From the IMG/VR virus record IMGVR_UViG_3300027754_000037: a stretch of 64,000 bases of DNA; one strand, written 5' to 3'. Below, piece after piece: positions 37,967 to 46,858 of this stretch. Within the stretch, counting starts at the first letter, position 1; each line of letters begins with the position of its first letter. Both the position numbers and the translations under genes were made by a program. This DNA comes from a virus. Its lineage: Duplodnaviria > Caudoviricetes. The notes beneath the pieces were generated by a model. It had not been told where the DNA came from and did not search any database. It saw only the letters and a program-made list of their open reading frames with translations.

Positions 37967-38722
37967 ATGGGAATTCATAGAGGCACCACAAGACCAGATG
38001 GCAAAATGTTTTGGGCATATCGATTCAGATACGGCAAAAAAACAGAAATTTGGATCAAACCAGAACAGTACCAAAGACGAGAAAACACACGAATTGCCTA
38101 CTCAAAGAATAGAAACAATAAAATGCGTGAAAAACTTCAAGATATTCCTCCTGAAGAAAAAAATTATGTGGGAAAATATTGTCCTGAAAAAGGACTTTAT
38201 TTTTTAAAATATTATGTCAGCGGAAACGCAGTATACGGCACTTTAGAAGAACTCAAAACCTTCAGGTTGGCCCAAAAGAAAAGAAATAGAGAATATCTTG
38301 ATCGCTGCAAGGAACAGTTTCCATTACCCAATCTGTCTTTTGGCGATCAACACCCAAACGATCCAAACCTCTTTGTAATCGCTGTCCGTAGGAATAAATT
38401 ATTTTTTGGCTCCCGTGAACAATATGAATCTAAAAGACAAAGACTTAACGAATCCTATAAAAGATACAAGCAAAAAAATCGAGAAATAATCAAGATCAAA
38501 AATAAAAAAATTACTGAAGAAAAAACAAAGTTCCTTAATGAAAATCCTCACCTTAAAAGGTTCAGAGGTGATATTGATCCCCTTTTCAATAAGATATTCT
38601 GGGGATATAACTCCAGACACAACGAAGTCTGGCTTAAACCCGATGTTTACCATCAGAGAAGATTGCGGGCCAATAAAAGGACAAGCTTGCTTAAAAAGAA
38701 CAAAAAACTACCACAGCAATAA
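37967..38722 (+). CDS. Basic hypothetical protein with repeated RG...FW.Y...E.W.KP..Y module
   Basis: Module at both N- and C-terminus; Lys/Arg-rich, resembles homing-endonuclease accessory repeats. Confidence 0.6.
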   Translation: MGIHRGTTRPDGKMFWAYRFRYGKKTEIWIKPEQYQRRENTRIAYSKNRNNKMREKLQDIPPEEKNYVGKYCPEKGLYFLKYYVSGNAVYGTLEELKTFRLAQKKRNREYLDRCKEQFPLPNLSFGDQHPNDPNLFVIAVRRNKLFFGSREQYESKRQRLNESYKRYKQKNREIIKIKNKKITEEKTKFLNENPHLKRFRGDIDPLFNKIFWGYNSRHNEVWLKPDVYHQRRLRANKRTSLLKKNKKLPQQ

Positions 38723-38725
38723 TCA

Positions 38726-38908
38726 ATGATCCTTAAAGCAAATACTTATAGCAACAACAATTGTTTTGGATTTGATAATCCAAAATCAATTTGCTGGTCT
38801 ATTTCTAGGTCTTGGTCTTTGTCTTGGCTTTGGTCTTGGTCTTGGTCTTGGTCTTGGTCTAGGTCTGGGTGGTGGTCATCTCATGGAGCAGCAATATATG
38901 ATCCTTAA
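38726..38908 (+). CDS. Ser/Trp-rich micro-ORF family, unit B1
   Basis: MILKANTYSNNNCFGF..KSICWS; 1-nt deletion in the HW codons shifts the tail frame. Confidence 0.6.
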   Translation: MILKANTYSNNNCFGFDNPKSICWSISRSWSLSWLWSWSWSWSWSRSGWWSSHGAAIYDP

Positions 38909-39113
38909 ATCAAATTCATATAGCAATAACAATTGCTTTGGATTTAATACTCCAAAATCAAATTGCTGGTCTATGTCTAGGTCTAGGTCTTGGTCTAGGG
39001 ATTGGGATTGGGATTGGTCTATGTCTATGTCTATGGATTGGTCTTGGTCTAGGTCTATGTCTAGGTCTAGGTCTTGGTCTTTTTGGTCTAAACATTGGAG
39101 TGCCAATATATGA
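38898..39113 (+). CDS. Ser/Trp-rich micro-ORF family, unit B2
   Basis: MILKSNSYSNNNCFGF..KSNCWS...KHWSANI. Confidence 0.65.
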   Translation: MILKSNSYSNNNCFGFNTPKSNCWSMSRSRSWSRDWDWDWSMSMSMDWSWSRSMSRSRSWSFWSKHWSANI

Positions 39114-39343
39114 TCCTTAAAGCAAATACTTATAGCAATAACAGATGCTTTGGATTTAATACTCCAAAATCAAATTGCTGGTCTAGGTCTTGGTCTGGGT
39201 CTAGGTCTATGTTTAGGTCTATGTCTTGGTCTTGGTCTTGGTCTTGGTCTTGGTCTATGTCTATGTCTTGGTCTAGGTCTATGTCTAGGTCTATGTCTAG
39301 GTCTTGGTCTTTTTGGTCTAAACATTGGAGTGCCAATATATGA
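39110..39343 (+). CDS. Ser/Trp-rich micro-ORF family, unit B3
   Basis: ATGA-coupled; MILKANTYSNNRCFGF...KHWSANI. Confidence 0.65.
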   Translation: MILKANTYSNNRCFGFNTPKSNCWSRSWSGSRSMFRSMSWSWSWSWSWSMSMSWSRSMSRSMSRSWSFWSKHWSANI

Positions 39344-39576
39344 TCCTTAAAGCAAATACTTATAGCAACAACAAATGTTTTGGATTTAAATATCCAAAAT
39401 CAAATTGCTGGTCTAGGTCTTGGTCTGGGTCTAGGTCTATGTTTAGGTCTATGTCTTGGTCTTGGTCTTGGTCTTGGTCTATGTCTTGGTCTAGGGATTG
39501 GTCTATGTCTAGGTCTTGGACTTATTCTTTGTCTAGGTGTGAGTGGTGGTCATCTCATTGGAGCAGTAGCATATGA
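39340..39576 (+). CDS. Ser/Trp-rich micro-ORF family, unit B4
   Basis: ATGA-coupled; MILKANTYSNNKCFGF...SHWSSSI. Confidence 0.65.
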   Translation: MILKANTYSNNKCFGFKYPKSNCWSRSWSGSRSMFRSMSWSWSWSWSMSWSRDWSMSRSWTYSLSRCEWWSSHWSSSI

Positions 39577-39782
39577 TCTTTAAAACAGCCGCTCATATTG
39601 ATAATTATTGTTTTGGATTTAATAATTCAAAATCTCTGTGCTGGTCTAATTCTAAATATAATTCTAATTCTTGGTCTTGGCTTTTTCCTTGGTCTCAGCT
39701 TTGGGTTAGATTTAAATCTAGATCTTGGTCTAGGTCTAGGTCTAGGTATTAGTGGTCAACTCATTGGAGTAATAATCAATGA
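39573..39782 (+). pseudogene. Ser/Trp-rich unit B5 with premature TAG at 39750
   Basis: MIFKTAAHIDNNCFGF..KSLCWS...RY*WSTHWSNNQ; TAG where TGG expected. Confidence 0.55.
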
Positions 39783-39901
39783 TCCTTAAAACAAATAGCC
39801 ATAGCAATAACAGATGCTTTGGATTTAATAATCCAAAATCAAATTGCTGGTCTTGGTCTGGGGCTTGGTCTTGTTCTAAACATTGGAGCAGCAATCAATG
39901 A
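39779..39901 (+). CDS. Ser/Trp-rich micro-ORF family, short unit B6 (40 aa)
   Basis: MILKTNSHSNNRCFGFNNPKSNCWSWSGAWSCSKHWSSNQ. Confidence 0.6.
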   Translation: MILKTNSHSNNRCFGFNNPKSNCWSWSGAWSCSKHWSSNQ

Positions 39902-39914
39902 TAATCAATGAATT

Positions 39915-40916
39915 TCATGATTTCCTAACTAGATTTCCAAAGAATTGAGAAGTAGCATTATTCCAAGTATAATTTTTAAGCACATGCTCTCTGCAATTGT
40001 TATTTTGAATAAGATCATGACATTCTTTAACCGCAAAGCTCAAGTCAAAATTGGCACAACCTATTCGCTTGCCTCCTGCAACTATTTCACCAGCCCCTTT
40101 ACAATCGTAACAAGCTACTGGTAGTCCACAAGACATTGCTTCGATGTTGACCAGTCCAAATGTATCAAATTTGCTTGGGAAAACAAAGATGTCATGGGAA
40201 GCTAATTCGACAGCCAACTCTTCACCATGCAAGAATCCGGTAAATCTTACATCAGGGTGATAAAAAATACAATTTTCAAGACTTATTCCATCTCCAATTA
40301 TTGTCTTTTCATATCTGTTATCCAATTCTAGAAAATTTTTAATGCCTTTCTCTGGACTCACTCTACCACAATACACTAATTTCTTTCTTTGATTTCTTTC
40401 TTTTGGAATAGGCTTAAATAGCTCTGTGTCTACTCCCCTGCTCCATATTTTTATAGGTGCAGTAAATCCATAAGATTTAAGTATTAGTATATTTTGCTCA
40501 GTAGTAGCCATTACACATTCAGACTTATTATGAAACCATCTCAAATATTTCTTGGATAATCTTAGTCCAAATCCAAATGTTTTATAGAAGAAGTTTGGAA
40601 TATCTGTGTGATAAGCTGTGGTGAATTTATAACCTTTTTTAATACAATATTTTCTAACAGCTAATCCAATTATTCCTTCTGTGCTGATGTGAACATAATC
40701 AGCCCATTCTATTTTATCTTTGATTGTTTTAGTTCTGACCCAGTATGGAGAAAATACATCTTTGGTGAATGGAACTTTGAAACACCAGTAATCAGATGGA
40801 CAAATAACTTTTATAGTATGCCCCATCTCTTCTAATGTTTTTATTGTATTTTTTAATGTATTAACAACACCGTTCACTTGTGGCTCCCAAGCATCTGTAG
40901 CTATAAGTATATTCAT
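39915..40916 (-). CDS. GT4 glycosyltransferase, Agt-like (glycosyl-diacylglycerol synthase)
   Basis: TDAWEPQVNGVV.TL, VHISTEG.IG, TTAYHT, RWFHN, WSRGVD.ELF, GRVS.EK, FPS..DTFGLV.IEAM. Confidence 0.88.
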   Translation of the reverse strand: MNILIATDAWEPQVNGVVNTLKNTIKTLEEMGHTIKVICPSDYWCFKVPFTKDVFSPYWVRTKTIKDKIEWADYVHISTEGIIGLAVRKYCIKKGYKFTTAYHTDIPNFFYKTFGFGLRLSKKYLRWFHNKSECVMATTEQNILILKSYGFTAPIKIWSRGVDTELFKPIPKERNQRKKLVYCGRVSPEKGIKNFLELDNRYEKTIIGDGISLENCIFYHPDVRFTGFLHGEELAVELASHDIFVFPSKFDTFGLVNIEAMSCGLPVACYDCKGAGEIVAGGKRIGCANFDLSFAVKECHDLIQNNNCREHVLKNYTWNNATSQFFGNLVRKS

Positions 40917-41590
40917 ATATCGTTCAAATGAACTGCTCCTTCCATTATGGTTAAATAAGAACAAGGTTTATCAGTCCAGCAACCGGAATTGCCGTACCAT
41001 ATACCTTCTACTAAAGTTGTTTCTTGGAAATGAGTATGACCGCAACAAACTATATCCGCTCCTTTATCTTTCGCATACTTCAACGCTTCTTTCTTTATTC
41101 TGTCACTATTTCTTAGGAATGTTTTACTGTTCTTTTTGGCATAGACAGCGAGAGAATGAGTTCTATCTATTTTCTGCATCAACCAATATATTCCATCAGC
41201 AAAATAAGTAAATATTGGATACTGTTGAATGAAACTGTCAAAACTATCTCCATGTAAACAAATTACTTTTTTATCGCCACTCTCAAAAACAAATTCTTGC
41301 GTAAATTCTAATCCTAAAAGATTGCTGACGAATTCATAATGCCCATCGTGATTGCCGTTAATCCAAACTACTTCTGTTTTTTTAGATAATTTTCTAAGGT
41401 CTTTTAAAATGTGCCAATGTGATTTTGGTAATTTGTTGAAATTTAAACAATCAAATAAATCTCCATTGACAATTAGCTTTTGAGTTTGTATTTTATCATC
41501 TTGTATCTTTTTCAAAAACTTGTCCAAAGCTTCCGCTTGGCAAACATCAGAGCCGAGGTGAATGTCAGATATGATGATCGCATCAAACAT
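40913..41590 (-). CDS. Metallophosphoesterase of the LpxH/PlcP family (phospholipase C-like)
   Basis: SDIHLG, NGDLFD, GNHD, HGDSFD, CGHTH, NSGCW; ATGA-coupled to the GT4 gene. Confidence 0.88.
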   Translation of the reverse strand: MFDAIIISDIHLGSDVCQAEALDKFLKKIQDDKIQTQKLIVNGDLFDCLNFNKLPKSHWHILKDLRKLSKKTEVVWINGNHDGHYEFVSNLLGLEFTQEFVFESGDKKVICLHGDSFDSFIQQYPIFTYFADGIYWLMQKIDRTHSLAVYAKKNSKTFLRNSDRIKKEALKYAKDKGADIVCCGHTHFQETTLVEGIWYGNSGCWTDKPCSYLTIMEGAVHLNDI

Positions 41591-41640
41591 AATATATTTA
41601 ATGCAAATTACTTCTGAAGTTTTGTTAAAATATAATTAAG

Positions 41641-41889
41641 ATATAAAGAAGGTTTTGCGATGCTCTTTTTTGGCTGTTCTCTCCTGATGTGGAAATCGAT
41701 GAACTAAAATGGCATCGGGATAGGGAAGATCGTTGGGTTATGCCTTTGGGTGACAATAATTGGCAATATTAAGAAGATAATCAGCTTCCTAGAACAATAA
41801 AAGAAAAGATATACATAAAATAAGGAACTTGTCATAGAGTAATCAAAGGAACAACAGATTTGAAAATATTGATAGAAAAAAAAGAATAG
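41641..41889 (+). pseudogene. Pseudogene of a small cupin-like phage protein (WHRDRED family)
   Basis: Frame reads FSPDVEIDELKWHRDREDRW...WQY*EDNQLP...IK*GTCHRVIKGTTDL with TAA at 41770 and 41821; no in-frame start. Confidence 0.65.
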
Positions 41890-41952
41890 TGAACATTAAA
41901 AAACTACTTCAATAATTTTTTATTGAAGTAGTTTAATAGTGCGCTGATAATA

Positions 41953-42978
41953 TCAGGAGTTGGTTCCAAAAGGCATGCTAGGTGTTTGTCCTGAGTCTGT
42001 AATAACATCACCTTGAATCCAATATGCATTTCCTAGACTAGTTGCTACTACATAACTACCTATTATTCCCCCGGTTCTATTATTTGTACCATATTCTATT
42101 TTATTATTTCCAGTAGATGCAGCAAAAGTTCTAACATCATTAGTAGCATCTTTGTGTAGAGTTAAGCTTCCGGTCATAGTATCGGTAAATGGATAACATT
42201 GGATGAAGAACTGATCGGGTCGAACAGTAGTGAGAAAGTGAAAAGTTTGTCCAATAGTAGTAGTGTTTAGTGCTGGTAGTGTAATGAATCCATTTATATT
42301 ATCTAAGACAAACAATTTGCCATTATCTGATGCAGATATTTGGTGAACGGAAAGAGACACAACGGAATCTGTATAGGAGACAATAGCAGTTGGGTTGAAA
42401 TTTCCGAGAGAAGGTAATCCAGCACTAATTGGCACCCATCCCCCACTAGATTTGAAGTAAAGAACATCTCCATTACGAGTTAAGCTTCCAGTATCGCCTT
42501 CCAATACAGGTAGTGCTCCTAAGTTTGGCAAATTCATAGTGGCATCTTTTCCGAATTTCCATTGATGTTCAGTAGTTAATCGATTTGTTCTAATATAAAT
42601 ATTGTCATTGTGATTAACATCAAGATGACGGTCATCATTGCCAATAATCAAGTCACCTTCATCTCCACTAGAGATGTGTATGTGTGGAGCATCATAAGCA
42701 CTAGTGGGATATATTCTAATATATTGTCCATATCCTATTGCTTCAGAGGTATTATTTGGAACTAAAGTAATCTCTCCGTTTGGAGAAATGCTAGTTGCGC
42801 CTTGAGGAGTGGTATTGAATCCAATTTCTCCATTTTCTCCAACAATTTTTAAGTGATTAAAAGTTATATCTCCTAATACATTTACTGCTAGATTTTGTGG
42901 TTTTATATTATTTTGAATTCTTGGAAAAATCTTTTCTACTGAACCGGGTCCCGATCCTTCGCTTGATGTAGCTCCCAT
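41953..42978 (-). CDS. Virion structural/fibre or decoration-like protein
   Basis: GGAG RBS; beta-rich Gly/Thr composition; ASDNGKLFVL...TLPA...G.TF.F C-terminal domain. Confidence 0.65.
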   Translation of the reverse strand: MGATSSEGSGPGSVEKIFPRIQNNIKPQNLAVNVLGDITFNHLKIVGENGEIGFNTTPQGATSISPNGEITLVPNNTSEAIGYGQYIRIYPTSAYDAPHIHISSGDEGDLIIGNDDRHLDVNHNDNIYIRTNRLTTEHQWKFGKDATMNLPNLGALPVLEGDTGSLTRNGDVLYFKSSGGWVPISAGLPSLGNFNPTAIVSYTDSVVSLSVHQISASDNGKLFVLDNINGFITLPALNTTTIGQTFHFLTTVRPDQFFIQCYPFTDTMTGSLTLHKDATNDVRTFAASTGNNKIEYGTNNRTGGIIGSYVVATSLGNAYWIQGDVITDSGQTPSMPFGTNS

Positions 42979-43048
42979 GATTATCTCCTTTTGGAAGAAT
43001 ATACAAATTATATATTATTGACTATTTATATTTCAGTTTGATTTGTTT

Positions 43049-43156
43049 AGAAAATTCAAGTGTAACTGTGGGTTTGAGATTGACAGGGACTTGAATGCTG
43101 CGCTAAAATTAAGAGATACCGTAAGTTTCAAACCCGTTAGTGAGAGAAATGTCTGA
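43049..43156 (+). mobile_element. tnpB: Remnant 3' end of an IS200/IS605-family tnpB
   Basis: RKFKCNCGFEIDRDLNAALKLRDTVS: zinc-finger end plus DRDxNAA RuvC-III motif; no upstream ORF. Confidence 0.75.
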
Positions 43157-43343
43157 TGTTGATTACCAACGGACATGACTGTGCGATATTTAGCTTAATA
43201 TACTCTGGTAGCCATAACTGGAAGAACAACTGGTGCTTATGCGATACTAGAGCAATGACATCCAGATCAGCGTTGGTCTTTTCGCATAATTGGCAAATGA
43301 ATATAAGTTGCAGCCAGAAGAACGATTCGTCTCTGTGGGGAAT

Positions 43344-43574
43344 CTAAATTCTGCCGTATTGTTGGAGAATTTTTTTCATTTCATCTTTGTTTTCTGCATT
43401 ATCAAGCAAATATTTAACATCATAAGCAGACAATTTTTTTATTTTTTCTGAACCTAATATTTTTGCCATTTCATTTTTGTCTTTTGCATAACGAAGCAAA
43501 TAATAAGCATTATTATCAGTTAATTCTTTTTTATATTGAAGAATTAAGTTTGCTATTGCATCTTTGTTTATCAT
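43344..43574 (-). CDS. Small helical-repeat protein
   Basis: YLL..A..K.EM.KIL repeated twice. Confidence 0.55.
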   Translation of the reverse strand: MINKDAIANLILQYKKELTDNNAYYLLRYAKDKNEMAKILGSEKIKKLSAYDVKYLLDNAENKDEMKKILQQYGRI

Positions 43575-43803
43575 CTTTTACAAAAGCAATTTTCCGCTTA
43601 TTAAATCCTTGCTCTTGATGGGTAACAACTTCCCACTCGCCATCTTCTAAGGAAAATAAAGTATTAAATTCAAAATCTGGATAAATTCTACTTTCCGCAA
43701 TTTCTTTATTGACATGATGAAATCTTATATCTACTTCATCAGGTTTTGTAATTTTTGTACAGAATGATTCGTTTTGCCAAGAATTCACATCTTCTCTTGT
43801 CAT
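43531..43803 (-). CDS. Hypothetical protein
   Basis: GAGG RBS; 90 aa ORF. Confidence 0.55.
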   Translation of the reverse strand: MTREDVNSWQNESFCTKITKPDEVDIRFHHVNKEIAESRIYPDFEFNTLFSLEDGEWEVVTHQEQGFNKRKIAFVKDDKQRCNSKLNSSI

Positions 43804-43944
43804 CGAAAATCATCCTCATAGGCACAATAAATTATGTTCCTCTTAATTATATTCTGGTTTGACGAAAAAAGCAAAGACTTTCTATTGATATTTTTTTTGG
43901 TTAAAGTTAGGGTGGTTTTTCTTGGCTCAAGGATCATGTTTAGG

Positions 43945-45270
43945 TCACAGCCTCGTCCATCCTCTCGCTCTAGCATCTTCAGGGTCTTGTTTCCCAGCCC
44001 AATAACGATAGGTGTCCACAGGCACCTGCGCTATATCCTTGACTGCACCCCTCACAACCTTTTTCGTCTTTTCAAAACCACGGGTAAAATCACCAATATT
44101 CGCAATCTGCACCCTCAAATCATTAGGGAATTTCTCCACAGCATCTGACATCCTGTCGGGCTCGGAGGTTTCAGGGCTGTTAATCAAATCGGAATAAATC
44201 CTCTTAGCTAACCGGCGTTGCTCTTTAATACCCATTTCCACAAAATTGGAAACAATATAGTTGGCCTCTTCAAAATCAACTGGACGACTACTTTTTCTTA
44301 TTTCACCATTCTTGATAGTTGACATAATAATGACAAGTTGACCTCTCGAATCTTCAAGTCCAGCATTGATTGAAATCCAAGGCGCTGAGACAAGAATGTT
44401 CCTGACTTCCGACCTAACAAGTTCGCTATAAGGCAAACTACCACCCATTACCAATATTTTTCCCGAGAAGCTTTTTATATTCTCAGTCTTCGCAACACGA
44501 ACTCTTTCCCGCTCCTCTGCCTCCTCTTGACGAATCCGAGATTCCTCTTGCCCAATCCGATTCGACTCACGCTCCGCAGCTATGCGAGCATTCTCTCGAC
44601 GCTCCCTCCTCTTGAATACACTATCATTATAATCTCTTTCTGTTTTACTAAATTTATTCATAATCAAATTCTTCTTCTCTTCCAAATCACTCAATGTCCT
44701 CCTGTCAGTCGCAAATCCAGTTCCACTATTGATCCTGTCGTAAATTCTTCCTATCGCCTTTTCCACTTTTACAAGCTCGATCTTAGCCGTCTGCATCTTG
44801 TATGCAGGCATCACATTTGCAACTAAATCCACCTCTCTCACTTTGTCCTTCGCCAAATACAAATAAGGAGAAACCATCAAAAATCCAGCACCACTAGGAG
44901 GATTAGGTCTTAAGAAACTTCTGTAGAAAAGATCGTAAGGTATTGCCATCCCCTCTTCAGCAGGACTAAATTTCAAACCATTTACCTTCTCAGTCTTAAA
45001 TAATTTCTGCACACAAGACAATAATTTGTTGTAAACGGCAGTTGAACTAGTTCCAGATGTATTGGTAGTCCTAGTACCACGAGGACCTTCAAAATATACA
45101 CTCCAAACATAGTCCACACCTTGTTCAAAACCCTTGGTCATCTTCACTTTGTATTCCTTGCCATCATGCTTGAAACTGCATAAAATCAAAGAACCTCGAA
45201 CCTCGAAATCCAAATCTTCCGCAGATAATGTCATCGCCTCCATAAATTGCAAATAATCAGCAAAATTCAT
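43945..45270 (-). CDS. Putative internal head/ejected protein with central coiled coil
   Basis: MNFADYLQFME N-terminus; Glu/Arg-rich coiled coil. Confidence 0.65.
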   Translation of the reverse strand: MNFADYLQFMEAMTLSAEDLDFEVRGSLILCSFKHDGKEYKVKMTKGFEQGVDYVWSVYFEGPRGTRTTNTSGTSSTAVYNKLLSCVQKLFKTEKVNGLKFSPAEEGMAIPYDLFYRSFLRPNPPSGAGFLMVSPYLYLAKDKVREVDLVANVMPAYKMQTAKIELVKVEKAIGRIYDRINSGTGFATDRRTLSDLEEKKNLIMNKFSKTERDYNDSVFKRRERRENARIAAERESNRIGQEESRIRQEEAEERERVRVAKTENIKSFSGKILVMGGSLPYSELVRSEVRNILVSAPWISINAGLEDSRGQLVIIMSTIKNGEIRKSSRPVDFEEANYIVSNFVEMGIKEQRRLAKRIYSDLINSPETSEPDRMSDAVEKFPNDLRVQIANIGDFTRGFEKTKKVVRGAVKDIAQVPVDTYRYWAGKQDPEDARARGWTRL

Positions 45271-45301
45271 ATCCACCCCCCCCATTAAACTCTCTACTAA
45301 A

Positions 45302-45443
45302 CTATCTAGGCAAATTGCAACCCACTTTACATCGATATCAAACCATCTTAAAACCTATATGACACTCTTCACTAAAGGAAACTAACCCATGAATACCATA
45401 AAACTAATTCGCCCACCGGCTATCTAGGCAAATTGTAAACCAC
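45302..45443 (+). repeat. Two 24-bp direct repeats between divergent virion genes
   Basis: CTATCTAGGCAAATTG(C/T)AA(C/A)CCAC at 45302 and 45420. Confidence 0.75.
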
Positions 45444-45465
45444 CTGCTGATTCATATATAATTTC

Positions 45466-46812
45466 ATGAAAAACTTTATAGAATTCTTGGCACAAAGAGA
45501 TCCCAATCTATTACAAGAATATATAGATTTAGCTAGCCTGTCAGAAAACTCTTGGTATAAATACATGATACCATTAATGCTAGGAGCACAAGCAAATGCT
45601 CAATCAGCAACTCCTACAGAAATAGGAGCACACGCAATTGATCAACCAAGAACTCCTACAGAACTTGTCCAAAAACAAAACTATAATCAAACGCAAAACT
45701 ACAATAAAGGTTTTAAAGATATAACAAAAGCAAATACTGAAAAAGAAATCTATAGCCGAATGTTTCACCAAGGAACAACAATTGATGACCTAATCAAAAA
45801 TACAAAAAGCAAAGGATTTGAACAAAAATCTAAAAAAGTTGACGATAAAATCAATGCTATGAAATTGCCACAAAATTTCAGAACCAATATCCCACTAACT
45901 CATATCGAAGATAACTACAAACCAGAAGAAATACTATTTAGAAAAATAGTAAATCCATATGAAACACTCAAATCAACTATACCAGATCCAGAAAAGTTTC
46001 AAAAAGATTACAATAATTTAAAAAGTAATCCAGATGATATAGGATTTGCTATGAATAAAGATAGATTAATGAATAACAAAGTTCTTTTAATCGTTGTTAC
46101 AGATCAAGCTATGAAAAGATTCAATCCAAATGCAGAAGGATACGCCTCAAGACTATCAACAGCAGATGATCAAACTGATATTAACACAGTAGTTTTACCA
46201 AAAAGAGCAGTAAAAGAAATTAAAGATGGAAAAATTACACTAACCGATGAAGGAGAACAAACTCTCAGACATGAACTAAGACACACAACACAGGAAGGTA
46301 AACCCGGAGAAAGATCACAAAACTCCATGTCAACATACGATACAGGATGGTATAAGCATTACATGAATGATCCACTAGAAATCGGAGTAAGATTAGGAGA
46401 ATTAAAAAACCATCTATCAACCAAAACTCTATTGCAATTGACCAGCCATAATCCAACTCATAATGATAATATAAAAGAAATTATCAAAGATGTTGGAGGA
46501 AATGAAAAAGAATTGCTCAAATTGTTTATGGGACTAAATCAATATAAAAATACTACAATAAAAAAAGAAAAAATCACAGGAATTGACGCACTTCAAAAAT
46601 CATTTCTCAATTCCGGCAAGGTTACTGTGAACTCAAAGGACAATACAATAAAATATATAAAAGAAAAATTGGCAAAATCTAATGATGATATAGATAGTCT
46701 TTTTAAACATTATGAAAAACTATCAGATCAAGAAAAAGAAGCACTAATGAAAGAACTTCTTGATAATTATGACAATGTAGTAAAAAATGATACCAAAACA
46801 TTTAACACCTAA
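45466..46812 (+). CDS. Putative internal head protein with HExxH zincin-like motif
   Basis: MKNFIEFL N-terminus; TLRHELRH followed by YMNDPLE. Confidence 0.65.
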   Translation: MKNFIEFLAQRDPNLLQEYIDLASLSENSWYKYMIPLMLGAQANAQSATPTEIGAHAIDQPRTPTELVQKQNYNQTQNYNKGFKDITKANTEKEIYSRMFHQGTTIDDLIKNTKSKGFEQKSKKVDDKINAMKLPQNFRTNIPLTHIEDNYKPEEILFRKIVNPYETLKSTIPDPEKFQKDYNNLKSNPDDIGFAMNKDRLMNNKVLLIVVTDQAMKRFNPNAEGYASRLSTADDQTDINTVVLPKRAVKEIKDGKITLTDEGEQTLRHELRHTTQEGKPGERSQNSMSTYDTGWYKHYMNDPLEIGVRLGELKNHLSTKTLLQLTSHNPTHNDNIKEIIKDVGGNEKELLKLFMGLNQYKNTTIKKEKITGIDALQKSFLNSGKVTVNSKDNTIKYIKEKLAKSNDDIDSLFKHYEKLSDQEKEALMKELLDNYDNVVKNDTKTFNT

Positions 46813-46858
46813 ATCAACAAAATATCATTGTTGATTTGAAATTACTTAAACAATAAGA

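Noticed and set aside
21521-39789. (LG)n and (DQ/DL)n ORFs overlapping the Ser/Trp arrays
   Set aside because: They are alternative frames of the same microsatellite with TTG starts. The ATGA stop-start coupling and conserved leader favour the SW frame, though this is not proven.
38726-39901. Ser/Trp arrays as a diversity-generating retroelement (TR/VR)
   Set aside because: Variation is hexamer copy-number change and mixed substitutions, not adenine-specific; no reverse transcriptase in the window.
39750-41823. Stop-codon reassignment suggested by in-frame TAG (39750) and TAA (41770, 41821)
   Set aside because: All three stop codons end many intact genes, often in ATGA/TAATG overlaps, and long ORFs are uninterrupted under code 11; these are local nonsense mutations.
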